The position numbers and the translations under genes are program-made. 26,435 bases of DNA, taken from the NCBI GenBank assembly GCA_937884015.1, contig CALGBV010000354.1, positions 1 to 26,435 on the forward strand, read 5' to 3'. The notes below the pieces were generated by a model. The model worked only from the letters and a program-made list of their open reading frames with translations, ran no database searches and was not told the DNA's origin. The stretch comes from an uncultured Bacteroidales bacterium. Its GTDB lineage: Bacteria > Bacteroidota > Bacteroidia > Bacteroidales > F082. Position 1 is the first letter of the stretch; each line of letters begins with the position of its first letter. Below, piece by piece: positions 9,598 through 17,694 of the stretch.

Positions 9598-10509
9598 TCA
9601 AAACATGGCGTGCTTGATTTTTCTTGCGAATGCAGTATTTGAGAAATGTCCTGGTTTGTAAGCTGTTACACGACCTTTAATTGGCTTTCCGACCAAAGTC
9701 AAATCACCGATGACATCCAGCAATTTATGGCGTGCAGGTTCATTTTCAAAACTCAGTTCCACATTATTCAAAATGCCACATTCCTTGACCACGACTTTCG
9801 GTTTCTTGAAAAATGCTGCAATATGGTCAAGTTCCTCGGAAGAAACATTCTTGTTGACGAAAACGATAGCATTGGTCAAGTCGCCGCCTTTGATGAGGTT
9901 ACGGCTCAGCAAGGTTTCCAATTCGTGAAGGAAAACGAATGTGCGGCAAGGCGCGATTTCGGTTTCAAAATCCTTCATATCGCGCAACGAAGCCGTCTGT
10001 TCATCCAAAACTTTCGTGTTGTATTTCACCGTTACATCGACTTGGAAAGTATCGCAAGGTTCGATGGACAATTCAATGCCAAGCACTTCATTCCTATAGG
10101 AAATCGGTTCCGTAATGACTAAATAATCGCGGTCAGCCTTCTGTTCGACGATGCCAGCCTTCCGGATAGCCTCGACAAACATACGGCCACTCCCATCCAT
10201 GATAGGCATTTCCTCAACATCAATGTCAATCAGGACATTGTCGATGCCCATACCTCTCAAAGATGCCAAAACATGTTCAACGGTATATATTTTCACGCCA
10301 CCTTTTCCAAGCGTGGTTCCTCTTGACGTATCGATGACATTGTCAACATCGGCTTCAATAATGGGCTGACATTCCAAATCGATGCGGCGGAAACGGATGC
10401 CCGTATTCACTGGAGCCGGATTGAAAGTCAAAGTGCCACATTGACGGGTGTGGAGACCTGCTCCGTGGATGCTGACTTTATTTTTAAGCGTACACTGTTT
10501 TTCTGTCAT
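9598..10509 (-). CDS. lpxC: UDP-3-O-acyl-N-acetylglucosamine deacetylase (stand-alone, no FabZ domain)
   Basis: KQCTL...GAGLHT, TVEHVLASL, PIMDGS, IAPCRTF, NEPARHKLLDVIGDL and KPGH motifs; start MTEKQ at 10509; ends KIKHAMF*. Confidence 0.95.
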   Translation of the reverse strand: MTEKQCTLKNKVSIHGAGLHTRQCGTLTFNPAPVNTGIRFRRIDLECQPIIEADVDNVIDTSRGTTLGKGGVKIYTVEHVLASLRGMGIDNVLIDIDVEEMPIMDGSGRMFVEAIRKAGIVEQKADRDYLVITEPISYRNEVLGIELSIEPCDTFQVDVTVKYNTKVLDEQTASLRDMKDFETEIAPCRTFVFLHELETLLSRNLIKGGDLTNAIVFVNKNVSSEELDHIAAFFKKPKVVVKECGILNNVELSFENEPARHKLLDVIGDLTLVGKPIKGRVTAYKPGHFSNTAFARKIKHAMF

Positions 10510-10549
10510 AAAATTCAAAACTCAGGCCTTAATGCCCAAGAAAAACGTG

Positions 10550-10557
10550 CAAAGATA
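10550..10557 (-). promoter_or_regulatory. -7 promoter box (TATCTTTG) for lpxC
   Basis: Reverse complement reads ccctatctttgcacg, a canonical Bacteroidota TAnnTTTGC, in the lpxD-lpxC gap. Confidence 0.7.
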
Positions 10558-10606
10558 GGGAAAAAGTCTTTAGGTTCGACAAAAAACACCTCTTGAGGAA
10601 TAATTG

Positions 10607-11647
10607 TCACCGTTTTTCATCCGATTGATTGAGTTTTTTCTCGATTGCATCAACACTTTTGGCAATGTTTTCGAGTTGTTTGAAACGCACCGAAGAATGT
10701 AAAAACTGACGGTAAGGAATGGCCGGCGTGCCCATAAACGACAAGCCCGGTTCCTTGATGTCGCCCAACACGCCCGACTGTGCGCCGAAACTCGTCCTAT
10801 CGGCAATATGCAAATGACCGGCAAAGCCAACCTGACCGCCGACAATGCAATTCTTACCGATATGTGTCGACCCGCTGACACCCGTCATGGCTGCCATGGC
10901 CGTGTTTTCACCGATTTCAACATTATGGGCCACCATGATAAGATTATCGAGTTTCACACCTTTATGAATATGTGTCGAACCCATCGTAGCCCTGTCAATC
11001 GTAGTGTTGGCACCGATTTCAACATTATCGTCAACAACCACATTGCCCACCTGCGGAATCTTGTCATAATGGCCGTCGGCCTGAGGCGCAAAGCCAAAGC
11101 CATCGGCACCCAATACGACGCCGGCATGAAGCGTGCAGTTCTTTCCGATGACCGTATTCCGATAAAGTTTAACGCCAGGATAAAGCGTAGTCCCGTCACC
11201 AATGACCGAATTATCGCCCACATAAACCTGAGGGTAAATCTTCACATTATTGCCAATCGTGACATTCTCACCCACAAATGCGAACTCGCCCAAATAGATA
11301 TTCTCGCCACATTTTGCCGAAGAAGAAACGAAAGCCAGCGACGAAACTCCCGACTTGTTCTGCGAAAGCTGGTCGTAAATGGCTAACAATTTAGCAAAAG
11401 AAGCATACGCATCGGGAACACGAATCAATGTGGCGGCAACAGGAGCCTTTGGCTCAAAATCATCATTGACGATGACTACCGACGACTTCGTTTCGTAAAT
11501 ATACTGTGTGTATTTCGGGTTAGCAAGAAAACTCAACATTCCGGGTGCGCCTTCTTCGATTTTGGCGACATTACAAACTTCGACATTCGGATTTCCTTCA
11601 ATCTTTCCGGAAAGCAGTTCAGCGATTTGAGAGGCAAGAAATTTCAT
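10607..11647 (-). CDS. lpxD: UDP-3-O-(3-hydroxyacyl)glucosamine N-acyltransferase
   Basis: LSFLANPKY, hexapeptide repeats, [40 protein letters not shown] and GGQVG. Confidence 0.96.
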   Translation of the reverse strand: MKFLASQIAELLSGKIEGNPNVEVCNVAKIEEGAPGMLSFLANPKYTQYIYETKSSVVIVNDDFEPKAPVAATLIRVPDAYASFAKLLAIYDQLSQNKSGVSSLAFVSSSAKCGENIYLGEFAFVGENVTIGNNVKIYPQVYVGDNSVIGDGTTLYPGVKLYRNTVIGKNCTLHAGVVLGADGFGFAPQADGHYDKIPQVGNVVVDDNVEIGANTTIDRATMGSTHIHKGVKLDNLIMVAHNVEIGENTAMAAMTGVSGSTHIGKNCIVGGQVGFAGHLHIADRTSFGAQSGVLGDIKEPGLSFMGTPAIPYRQFLHSSVRFKQLENIAKSVDAIEKKLNQSDEKR

Positions 11648-11700
11648 TTCGTTTATTTTAATTCAAGACATTAACGGGCGGAAACACAAAATATTGTGCA

Positions 11701-12225
11701 TCAGAGCAAGCGGTCGAAATCATGTTTCAACACGGCAACAGCCTGCTCCACGCTCGGATTTGGCAAAGCAACCAAAGACTGTGCCAGAATCGACACATCA
11801 TCTTCGTCCTTCAGTTGTTCAAAAGTACTATTTATCTGATTGACAAGTTCTTCCTTTGCGTTTTTCACAGCATTCCAAGTAGAATTTGAGACATACAATT
11901 GCTGGGCAAGGTTATGTTCAAACTCCTCACGCACATTCTGCAAAAGTTCCAAATGGAAAACGCCTTTTTCGATGCCCGGAACATATACGCGCTTCACCAA
12001 TACAGGCAGCTGCACGCGCTCCAGATAAAGCAGGAAACGCTCGTAGGCCTGCACTTTCAGCGGCATGATGATTTTCAAGGCATTCACTTTGAGTTCGACA
12101 GCAGCACCGCGCTGGTTTTCAGCTTTTTTCATTTTCAAGAGCTGCAACAGGATAAAGGTTGCGATGGCGGCAATCGCCACGCCCAAAGCCATAAGGATAA
12201 TCAACCAAGTTTTTGTCATTTCCAT
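11701..12225 (-). CDS. Bacteroidota-type hypothetical protein with single N-terminal TM helix
   Basis: N-terminal hydrophobic helix, then PLKVQAYERFLLYLER and REEFEHNLAQQLYVS..W..VKNAKE. Start is likely ATG 12225 (or 12219), because the ORF-track start at 12240 lies inside a promoter box. Confidence 0.75.
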   Translation of the reverse strand: MEMTKTWLIILMALGVAIAAIATFILLQLLKMKKAENQRGAAVELKVNALKIIMPLKVQAYERFLLYLERVQLPVLVKRVYVPGIEKGVFHLELLQNVREEFEHNLAQQLYVSNSTWNAVKNAKEELVNQINSTFEQLKDEDDVSILAQSLVALPNPSVEQAVAVLKHDFDRLL

Positions 12226-12237
12226 TGAATTATGGCG

Positions 12238-12306
12238 CAAACTTACAAAAAAGTTGCTTTTGGCGGCTCATTTTCTTGTTTTTTACATTTTTGCCGCCTA
12301 AATTTG
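12238..12306. promoter_or_regulatory. Divergent promoter pair: TAAGTTTG (-, 12238-12245) and TAAATTTG (+, 12299-12306)
   Basis: Two TAnnTTTG boxes on opposite strands in the gap between the hypothetical gene and the LRR gene. Confidence 0.65.
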
Positions 12307-12334
12307 CAGCGTAATAACTCTAAATCTTTGTGTC

Positions 12335-14398
12335 ATGAAAAAATATTTCCTCACCCTTATCCTCGCCGCCTTTTGCGGCATGAGTAGCGCATTTGCCTAT
12401 AAGTTTTCAGATGTCTGCGCTACTGGACAAACTTTGTATTACAACATCACGGATGCTTCGGCTCACGAAGTGGAACTGACCCATCCTACTAATAGTCAAA
12501 TTAATCCTTGGAGTGGATATACAAAGCCTTCCGGCCCAATTGAGTTACCCGAAATGGTAGAGTATGATGGTCATATTTATACTGTAACTTCTATTGGGAG
12601 TTATACATTCTGTGAGTGTTCAGAATTGACAGGTGACTTGATCATTCCTAACTCCGTGACTTCGATTGGCGATCATGCTTTCGCTTCATGCAGCGGATTC
12701 ACAGGCAACCTGGTTCTTCCCAACTCCTTGACTTCGATTGGTGAAGATGCTTTCAGTTCTTGCAGCAGATTCACGGGCGATTTGGTTATTCCCGATTCAG
12801 TGACTTCGCTTGGCGAGGCTGCTTTTATTTCTTGCTATGGTTTCAATGGAAGCCTTACACTTAGCAATTCTTTAACATCGATTGAAGACTTTGCTTTTGA
12901 CAGATGTAGTGGTTTCACTGGAAACTTGGCTATTCCTAATTCAGTAACCTCAATTGGCTTTAGTGCTTTCGAGTATTGTGGCGGATTGAAGGGAGATTTA
13001 GTCATTCCTGATTCCGTGACGGAGATTGGCCCAAATGCTTTTTCGGGCTGTAGTGGTTTCAATGGCAACTTGACCATTGGCAAATCCGTTTCCTTGATAA
13101 ATCTTGGGGCTTTCTCTGGTTGTATAAGTCTCAAAGGCAACTTGGTCATTCCAAACACTGTAACTATTATTGGCCCTGAAGCTTTTGCTAATTGCAGAAG
13201 CTTCACGGGCGACTTGATAATTCCCGACTCCGTGACCCTGATTGGCGAATATGCTTTCTATGCATGCAGCGGATTTACAGGAAAGTTGGTTATTCCAAAA
13301 TCCCTGACTTCAATTTACGATTACACCTTTTATGATTGCAGCGGACTCACTGGCAATCTGGTCATTCCTGATCCTGTAATTAGGATAGGCGACTTTGCCT
13401 TCTATAGGTGCAAAGGCCTCACTGGCGACTTGATAATCCCAAATTCCGTAAATTCGATAGGCGATTACGCTTTTCAGGCTTGCAGCGGTTTTACGGGTGA
13501 TATGGTCATTTCCAATTCCGTGAAAGCGATTGGCCGTCAGGCTTTTGGTGCTTGTTATGGTTTAACTGGAAAGTTAGTGATTGGCCATTCGTTGACAACA
13601 ATCAAGGAATGGGCTTTCGATGGCTGTGACAATATTACTTCCTTGATATACAATGCGAAAAACTGCACTAATACATATTATTGCTTTTCTTATCTCTCAA
13701 GCGTAAAAACAATCACTATAGGGTCGGATGTCAGATCTCTTCCACAACATGCTTTTAATAATTGCTCTTTTGTACAAAGCATCATCTCCGAACGTGATGC
13801 TCCGCCAAGGGCTGATTCTATAGCATTCCAAGGCATTCCTACGACAATTCCAGTTTATATTCCATGTGGTTCCAAACAGAATTATGTGGAAGCTCAAGGG
13901 TGGAAACAATTCACCAACTACAGGCAAATGCCCTATTACGAGTTCTCCGCAAATTCTGAAAACGAAGCCTTTGGCTCCGTCACCATCATCCAGCAGCCCG
14001 ACTGCGAAACGGATGCCATTGTTGAAGCCACGGTCAATGAAGGTTGTTCCTTTAAAGGCTGGAGTGTAAACGGCGAAATCATTTCCACCGAAAATCCATT
14101 CACCTTTGCCGTGACAAAAGACACCGAACTGGTGGCCGTTTTCAGCGGCTTGGGTGTCGATGACAACGAAATGACAACGGCTTCCGTCTATCCGAATCCG
14201 ACAACGGGTTTGTTTATCATTGAAGGACAAGATATTACAGAAGTTGAAGTTTATAACGCTCAGGGCCAACTTATCAGAACTCAAGTGATTTCAGGCGACC
14301 GCGCAGAAATCGACCTGAGCAATGCCGCCAATGGCTTGTATCTGGTACGCATAATGAGCGGTGCGGGTGTGACGGAAAGAACTGTGGCGAAGAGATAA
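12335..14398 (+). CDS. BspA-type (LRR_5) leucine-rich-repeat surface protein with InlB-B/Flg_new-like domain and T9SS type-A sorting domain
   Basis: Sec signal peptide; 14 x 24-aa repeats TGxLxIPxSVTxIGxxAFxxCxGF; C-cap VYIPCGS..Y....GWKQF; F.GWSVNGEIISTENPFTF; CTD VYPNPTTG...YNAQGQLI...GLYLVRI. Confidence 0.92.
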   Translation: MKKYFLTLILAAFCGMSSAFAYKFSDVCATGQTLYYNITDASAHEVELTHPTNSQINPWSGYTKPSGPIELPEMVEYDGHIYTVTSIGSYTFCECSELTGDLIIPNSVTSIGDHAFASCSGFTGNLVLPNSLTSIGEDAFSSCSRFTGDLVIPDSVTSLGEAAFISCYGFNGSLTLSNSLTSIEDFAFDRCSGFTGNLAIPNSVTSIGFSAFEYCGGLKGDLVIPDSVTEIGPNAFSGCSGFNGNLTIGKSVSLINLGAFSGCISLKGNLVIPNTVTIIGPEAFANCRSFTGDLIIPDSVTLIGEYAFYACSGFTGKLVIPKSLTSIYDYTFYDCSGLTGNLVIPDPVIRIGDFAFYRCKGLTGDLIIPNSVNSIGDYAFQACSGFTGDMVISNSVKAIGRQAFGACYGLTGKLVIGHSLTTIKEWAFDGCDNITSLIYNAKNCTNTYYCFSYLSSVKTITIGSDVRSLPQHAFNNCSFVQSIISERDAPPRADSIAFQGIPTTIPVYIPCGSKQNYVEAQGWKQFTNYRQMPYYEFSANSENEAFGSVTIIQQPDCETDAIVEATVNEGCSFKGWSVNGEIISTENPFTFAVTKDTELVAVFSGLGVDDNEMTTASVYPNPTTGLFIIEGQDITEVEVYNAQGQLIRTQVISGDRAEIDLSNAANGLYLVRIMSGAGVTERTVAKR
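12629..13636 (+). repeat. 14 tandem 72-nt (24-codon) LRR coding repeats
   Basis: Repeats align without gaps from TGDLIIPNSVTSIGDHAFASCSGF to TGKLVIGHSLTTIKEWAFDGCDNI. Confidence 0.9.
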
Positions 14399-14494
14399 AA
14401 GGCATCTGCTAAAGACGCCGACGATAAATCCACAAGGTTATGGAATAAAACCATCTTTTCCAACTAAAAAGGTCTACCCTATCGGAAAAAGACC

Positions 14495-14502
14495 TACCTT
14501 TG
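14495..14502 (+). promoter_or_regulatory. -7 promoter box (TACCTTTG) for aminotransferase gene
   Basis: tacctttgc matches TAnnTTTGC, implying a ~150-nt 5' leader. Confidence 0.7.
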
Positions 14503-14538
14503 CACACCTATTTTAAATAGATAATATTGTCAAGAAAG

Positions 14539-14605
14539 CCGTTTCGACAAGCTCAACGGGCGGTTACTGATAAACAGACAGCTATCGTTTCGACAAACTC
14601 AACGG
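14539..14605 (+). repeat. Two direct copies of a REP-like hairpin CGTTTCGACAA(G/A)CTCAACGG
   Basis: ccgtttcgacaagctcaacgg (14539-14559) and cgtttcgacaaactcaacgg (14586-14605); one mismatch over 20 nt; each can fold with a cgtt/aacg stem. Confidence 0.75.
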
Positions 14606-14660
14606 ACGACAACAACTAAACGATTAAACGACAAACAAATAAACAAAAAAATTCTCCATC

Positions 14661-15869
14661 ATGGGCGAAATCATTTTATCAGACAGAGTCTTAAACATGG
14701 CCGAATCAGCAACTTTAGCCATGACCAACAAGAGCCGCGAACTCAAGTCTCAAGGCATTGACGTCATCAGCCTCAGCATCGGCGAACCTGACTTCAACAC
14801 TCCTGAATCAGCAAAACAAGCCGGCATCGACGCCATCAACAACAACGACACACACTATCCTCCAGTACCTGGCACACCTGCACTGCGCAAGGCCGTAGCC
14901 GAAAAGCTGAAGAGAGACAACGGTTTGGACTATAAAGACACCGAAATCATCATTTCAAACGGTGCCAAGCAAGCCATCACCAACACTTTCCTCGCCATCC
15001 TCAACAACGGCGACGAAGTCATCATCCCTGCCCCATTCTGGGTTTCCTACCCTGAAATGGTGAAATTGGGCGGCGGCGTTCCTGTCATCATCAAGACCGA
15101 CATCGAACACGATTTCAAAATCACTGCCGAACAGTTGGAAGCAGCCATCACGCCTAAAACCAAGGCCTTCATCATCAACACGCCTTGCAATCCAAGCGGT
15201 TCAGTTTTCACTAAGGCTGAATTGACCGCCATCGCCGGCGTTTTGGCAAAACATCCGAACATCATCGTCATTTCCGATGAAATCTACGAATACATCCAGT
15301 ACAACCAGAAGCACGAAAGCATGGGTCAGTTCACCGAACTGAAAGACCGCATGGTCATCGTGAACGGCGTTGCCAAAGGCTATGCCATGACGGGTTGGAG
15401 AATCGGTTACATTGCCGCTCCACAAGCCATCGTCAAGGCCACCAACAAGATTCAGGGCCAATACACTTCAGGCATCTGCACCATCGCACAAGCCGCTGCG
15501 CTGAAAGCCATGGAACTCACCCCTGAAAACTCGCCGGAAATTCAGGCCATGCTGAAAGCATTCCGCAAGCGCCGCGATATGCTCCACGACATGCTGAACG
15601 AAATCCCAGGCGTGAAATGCAATATGCCAGCCGGTGCTTTCTATGTGTTCCCTGAAGTCAAGTCGTACTACGGCAAGACCGATGGCGAAACCACCATCAA
15701 AGGCAGCGACGACCTCTGCATGTTCCTGCTCTACAATGCCCATGTGGCTTGCGTGGCTGGTAACGCTTTCGGCAACGACGACTGCATCCGCCTCTCTTAC
15801 GCAACTTCCGAAGACAAACTCATCGAAGCCGTCAAGAGAATCAAGGCCGCTTTGGCTAAACTGCACTAA
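14661..15869 (+). CDS. aspC: PLP-dependent class I aminotransferase (aspartate aminotransferase, AspC/AspB-like)
   Basis: SLSIGEPDFNTP, NGAKQA, PAPFWVSYPEMV, NTPCNPSG, SDEIYE, PLP-Lys VAKGYAMTGWRIGY and IRLSYA. Confidence 0.9.
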   Translation: MGEIILSDRVLNMAESATLAMTNKSRELKSQGIDVISLSIGEPDFNTPESAKQAGIDAINNNDTHYPPVPGTPALRKAVAEKLKRDNGLDYKDTEIIISNGAKQAITNTFLAILNNGDEVIIPAPFWVSYPEMVKLGGGVPVIIKTDIEHDFKITAEQLEAAITPKTKAFIINTPCNPSGSVFTKAELTAIAGVLAKHPNIIVISDEIYEYIQYNQKHESMGQFTELKDRMVIVNGVAKGYAMTGWRIGYIAAPQAIVKATNKIQGQYTSGICTIAQAAALKAMELTPENSPEIQAMLKAFRKRRDMLHDMLNEIPGVKCNMPAGAFYVFPEVKSYYGKTDGETTIKGSDDLCMFLLYNAHVACVAGNAFGNDDCIRLSYATSEDKLIEAVKRIKAALAKLH

Positions 15870-15879
15870 TTCAATTCAT

Positions 15880-15914
15880 AAGCATAGAGGCGTTTGTCCG
15901 TCTCTATGCTTTTT
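15880..15914 (+). terminator. Intrinsic terminator after aminotransferase
   Basis: aagcatagaggcg-tttgtc-cgtctctatgctt followed by ttt. Confidence 0.75.
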
Positions 15915-15925
15915 CCTTTCATTCC

Positions 15926-16933
15926 ATGGTCATTTCTTCCGAACATATCGAGCAACTTTTCGCAGCCTTCAACAAGATGCGCGTTCTTATCATCGGTGAT
16001 GTGATGATTGATGCCTACTCCGAAGGCATCGTCGAAAGAATGTCACCCGAAGCGCCAGTTCCCGTGCTCAGCGTCAGGAAACGCTACAACCGTTTGGGCG
16101 GTGCCGCCAACGTGGCGCTCAACATCAAGGCCTTAGGCGCCGAGCCGTTGATTTGCTCCGTCATTGGCGACGACACGAAAGGCGAAAAATTCATGCAACT
16201 GCTCAGAAGACACAGCCTCGACACGAAAAACATCATCAAAAGCAGCAGTCGCACCACCACCCTCAAGGAAAGGATGATTTGCGATGGCAAACAAATGATA
16301 CGCGTCGATGAAGAAGACATTTTCGACCTGAATGAAACGGAAACCGAAAAAATTCTCGCCACATTGCGCCGCACCCTCGATTTGAAGAAAATCGACTGCA
16401 TCATCCTTCAGGATTATAATAAAGGTGTGCTGACCGAAACCATTATCAAGGAAATCATCGCTACGGCAAAAATGCGTGCCATTCCAGTTGTCGTCGACCC
16501 AAAGAAAAAAAATTTCCTTGCCTATCAGGGCGTTACGCTTTTCAAGCCCAATGTCAAAGAACTGCGGGAAGGTCTTTCCGTAACCGCCAACGAAACAAGC
16601 GAAATTGAAGCCGCCGCTGCGAAACTTCGGGAAATGCTGCAATGCGACATGGTGATGACAACCATGTCAGATAAAGGTGTGATCATCAAAGGGAAAGACC
16701 CTGATTTCCATCACATTCCAGCCCACCAACGCGACATTAAGGATGTTTCAGGAGCAGGCGACACCGTGCTTAGCGTAGCGGCACTTTGCGTTGTAGCCAA
16801 TGAAAGTCCGTTCAACATTGCCGCCATTTCAAATATTGCCGGCGGTCTCGTTTGCGAAAAAACAGGCGTTGTCCCGATTGACAGAGACATGCTTCTTTCA
16901 GAAGTCAAAAACATTTACGCACAAAATGCCTGA
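15926..16933 (+). CDS. rfaE1: RfaE/HldE domain I-like PfkB kinase (D-glycero-beta-D-manno-heptose-7-phosphate kinase-like)
   Basis: IIGDVMIDAY, RMSPEAPVPV, LGGAANVALN, QDYNKGVL, VVDPK, FKPN and DVSGAGDTV. Confidence 0.85.
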   Translation: MVISSEHIEQLFAAFNKMRVLIIGDVMIDAYSEGIVERMSPEAPVPVLSVRKRYNRLGGAANVALNIKALGAEPLICSVIGDDTKGEKFMQLLRRHSLDTKNIIKSSSRTTTLKERMICDGKQMIRVDEEDIFDLNETETEKILATLRRTLDLKKIDCIILQDYNKGVLTETIIKEIIATAKMRAIPVVVDPKKKNFLAYQGVTLFKPNVKELREGLSVTANETSEIEAAAAKLREMLQCDMVMTTMSDKGVIIKGKDPDFHHIPAHQRDIKDVSGAGDTVLSVAALCVVANESPFNIAAISNIAGGLVCEKTGVVPIDRDMLLSEVKNIYAQNA

Positions 16934-17624
16934 ACAGCAACATGTTAAGGCAATGTTCAACGACATTGCGCCTCGCTACGATTTTCTCAACCATTTTCTC
17001 TCCTTCAACATCGACAAACTCTGGCGCAGGAAAACCGCCCGATTCATTGCACAATACAAGCCAACAAACATCTTGGATCTTGCCACCGGCACCGCCGACC
17101 TTGCCATTTTGCTTGCCAAAAGCTGCCCACAGGCAAAAATCACTGGCCTCGACCTTTCGGAAAACATGCTCGACATTGGCAAACAGAAAATCAAGGAAAA
17201 AAATTTGGAACAGCAAATCACTCTAAACCAAGGCGATGCTTGCGGACTTCCCTTTGCCGACAACAGTTTCGACGCCATCACCGTTGCCTTTGGCGTGCGA
17301 AATTTTCAGAATTTAGGGAAAGGACTGTCAGAGATGCAACGTGTGATAAAAACAGGAGGGCCTATCGCCATTTTGGAGTTTTCCACCCCTACAAAACCTA
17401 TTTTCAGGACAATTTACGGATTCTATTTTCACAAAATTCTTCCTTTCATTGGCAAAATTATCTCAAAGAACGGTTCGGCCTACCAATACCTTCCCAACTC
17501 CGTGTCCAATTTCCCATCGCCCGACACCTTTATTAATATAGCACGCGATTTCGGTCTCAAATGCCAGCAAAAACGTAGCCTTTCGGGAGGAATTGCCACT
17601 TTATATTGCTTTGAGAAACAATAA
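16926..17624 (+). CDS. ubiE: Demethylmenaquinone methyltransferase (UbiE/MenG)
   Basis: Start re-set to ATG 16926; MFNDIAPRYDFLNHFLS, ILDLATGTADLA, FGVRNF, ILEFS and AYQYLPNSV. Confidence 0.93.
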   Translation: MPEQQHVKAMFNDIAPRYDFLNHFLSFNIDKLWRRKTARFIAQYKPTNILDLATGTADLAILLAKSCPQAKITGLDLSENMLDIGKQKIKEKNLEQQITLNQGDACGLPFADNSFDAITVAFGVRNFQNLGKGLSEMQRVIKTGGPIAILEFSTPTKPIFRTIYGFYFHKILPFIGKIISKNGSAYQYLPNSVSNFPSPDTFINIARDFGLKCQQKRSLSGGIATLYCFEKQ

Positions 17625-17639
17625 TTCGACCTTTTTTTA

Positions 17640-17647
17640 TAGTTTTG
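17640..17647 (+). promoter_or_regulatory. -7 promoter box (TAGTTTTG) for porT
   Basis: tagttttgc in the ubiE-porT gap. Confidence 0.6.
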
Positions 17648-17694
17648 CAAATTCATTTCTTACAATAAACTACGAAAAGTTCCGTTTTTCAGAC

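Noticed and set aside
12629..13636. Regular 72-nt periodicity as a possible CRISPR array or DGR target
   Set aside because: Repeats are in-frame degenerate LRR codons, not identical repeats with spacers; no cas gene, reverse transcriptase or template repeat in the window.
14503..14660. Known riboswitch or T-box in the aspC leader
   Set aside because: No recognisable aptamer consensus and no terminator/antiterminator with a U-tract; only the repeat hairpins reported.
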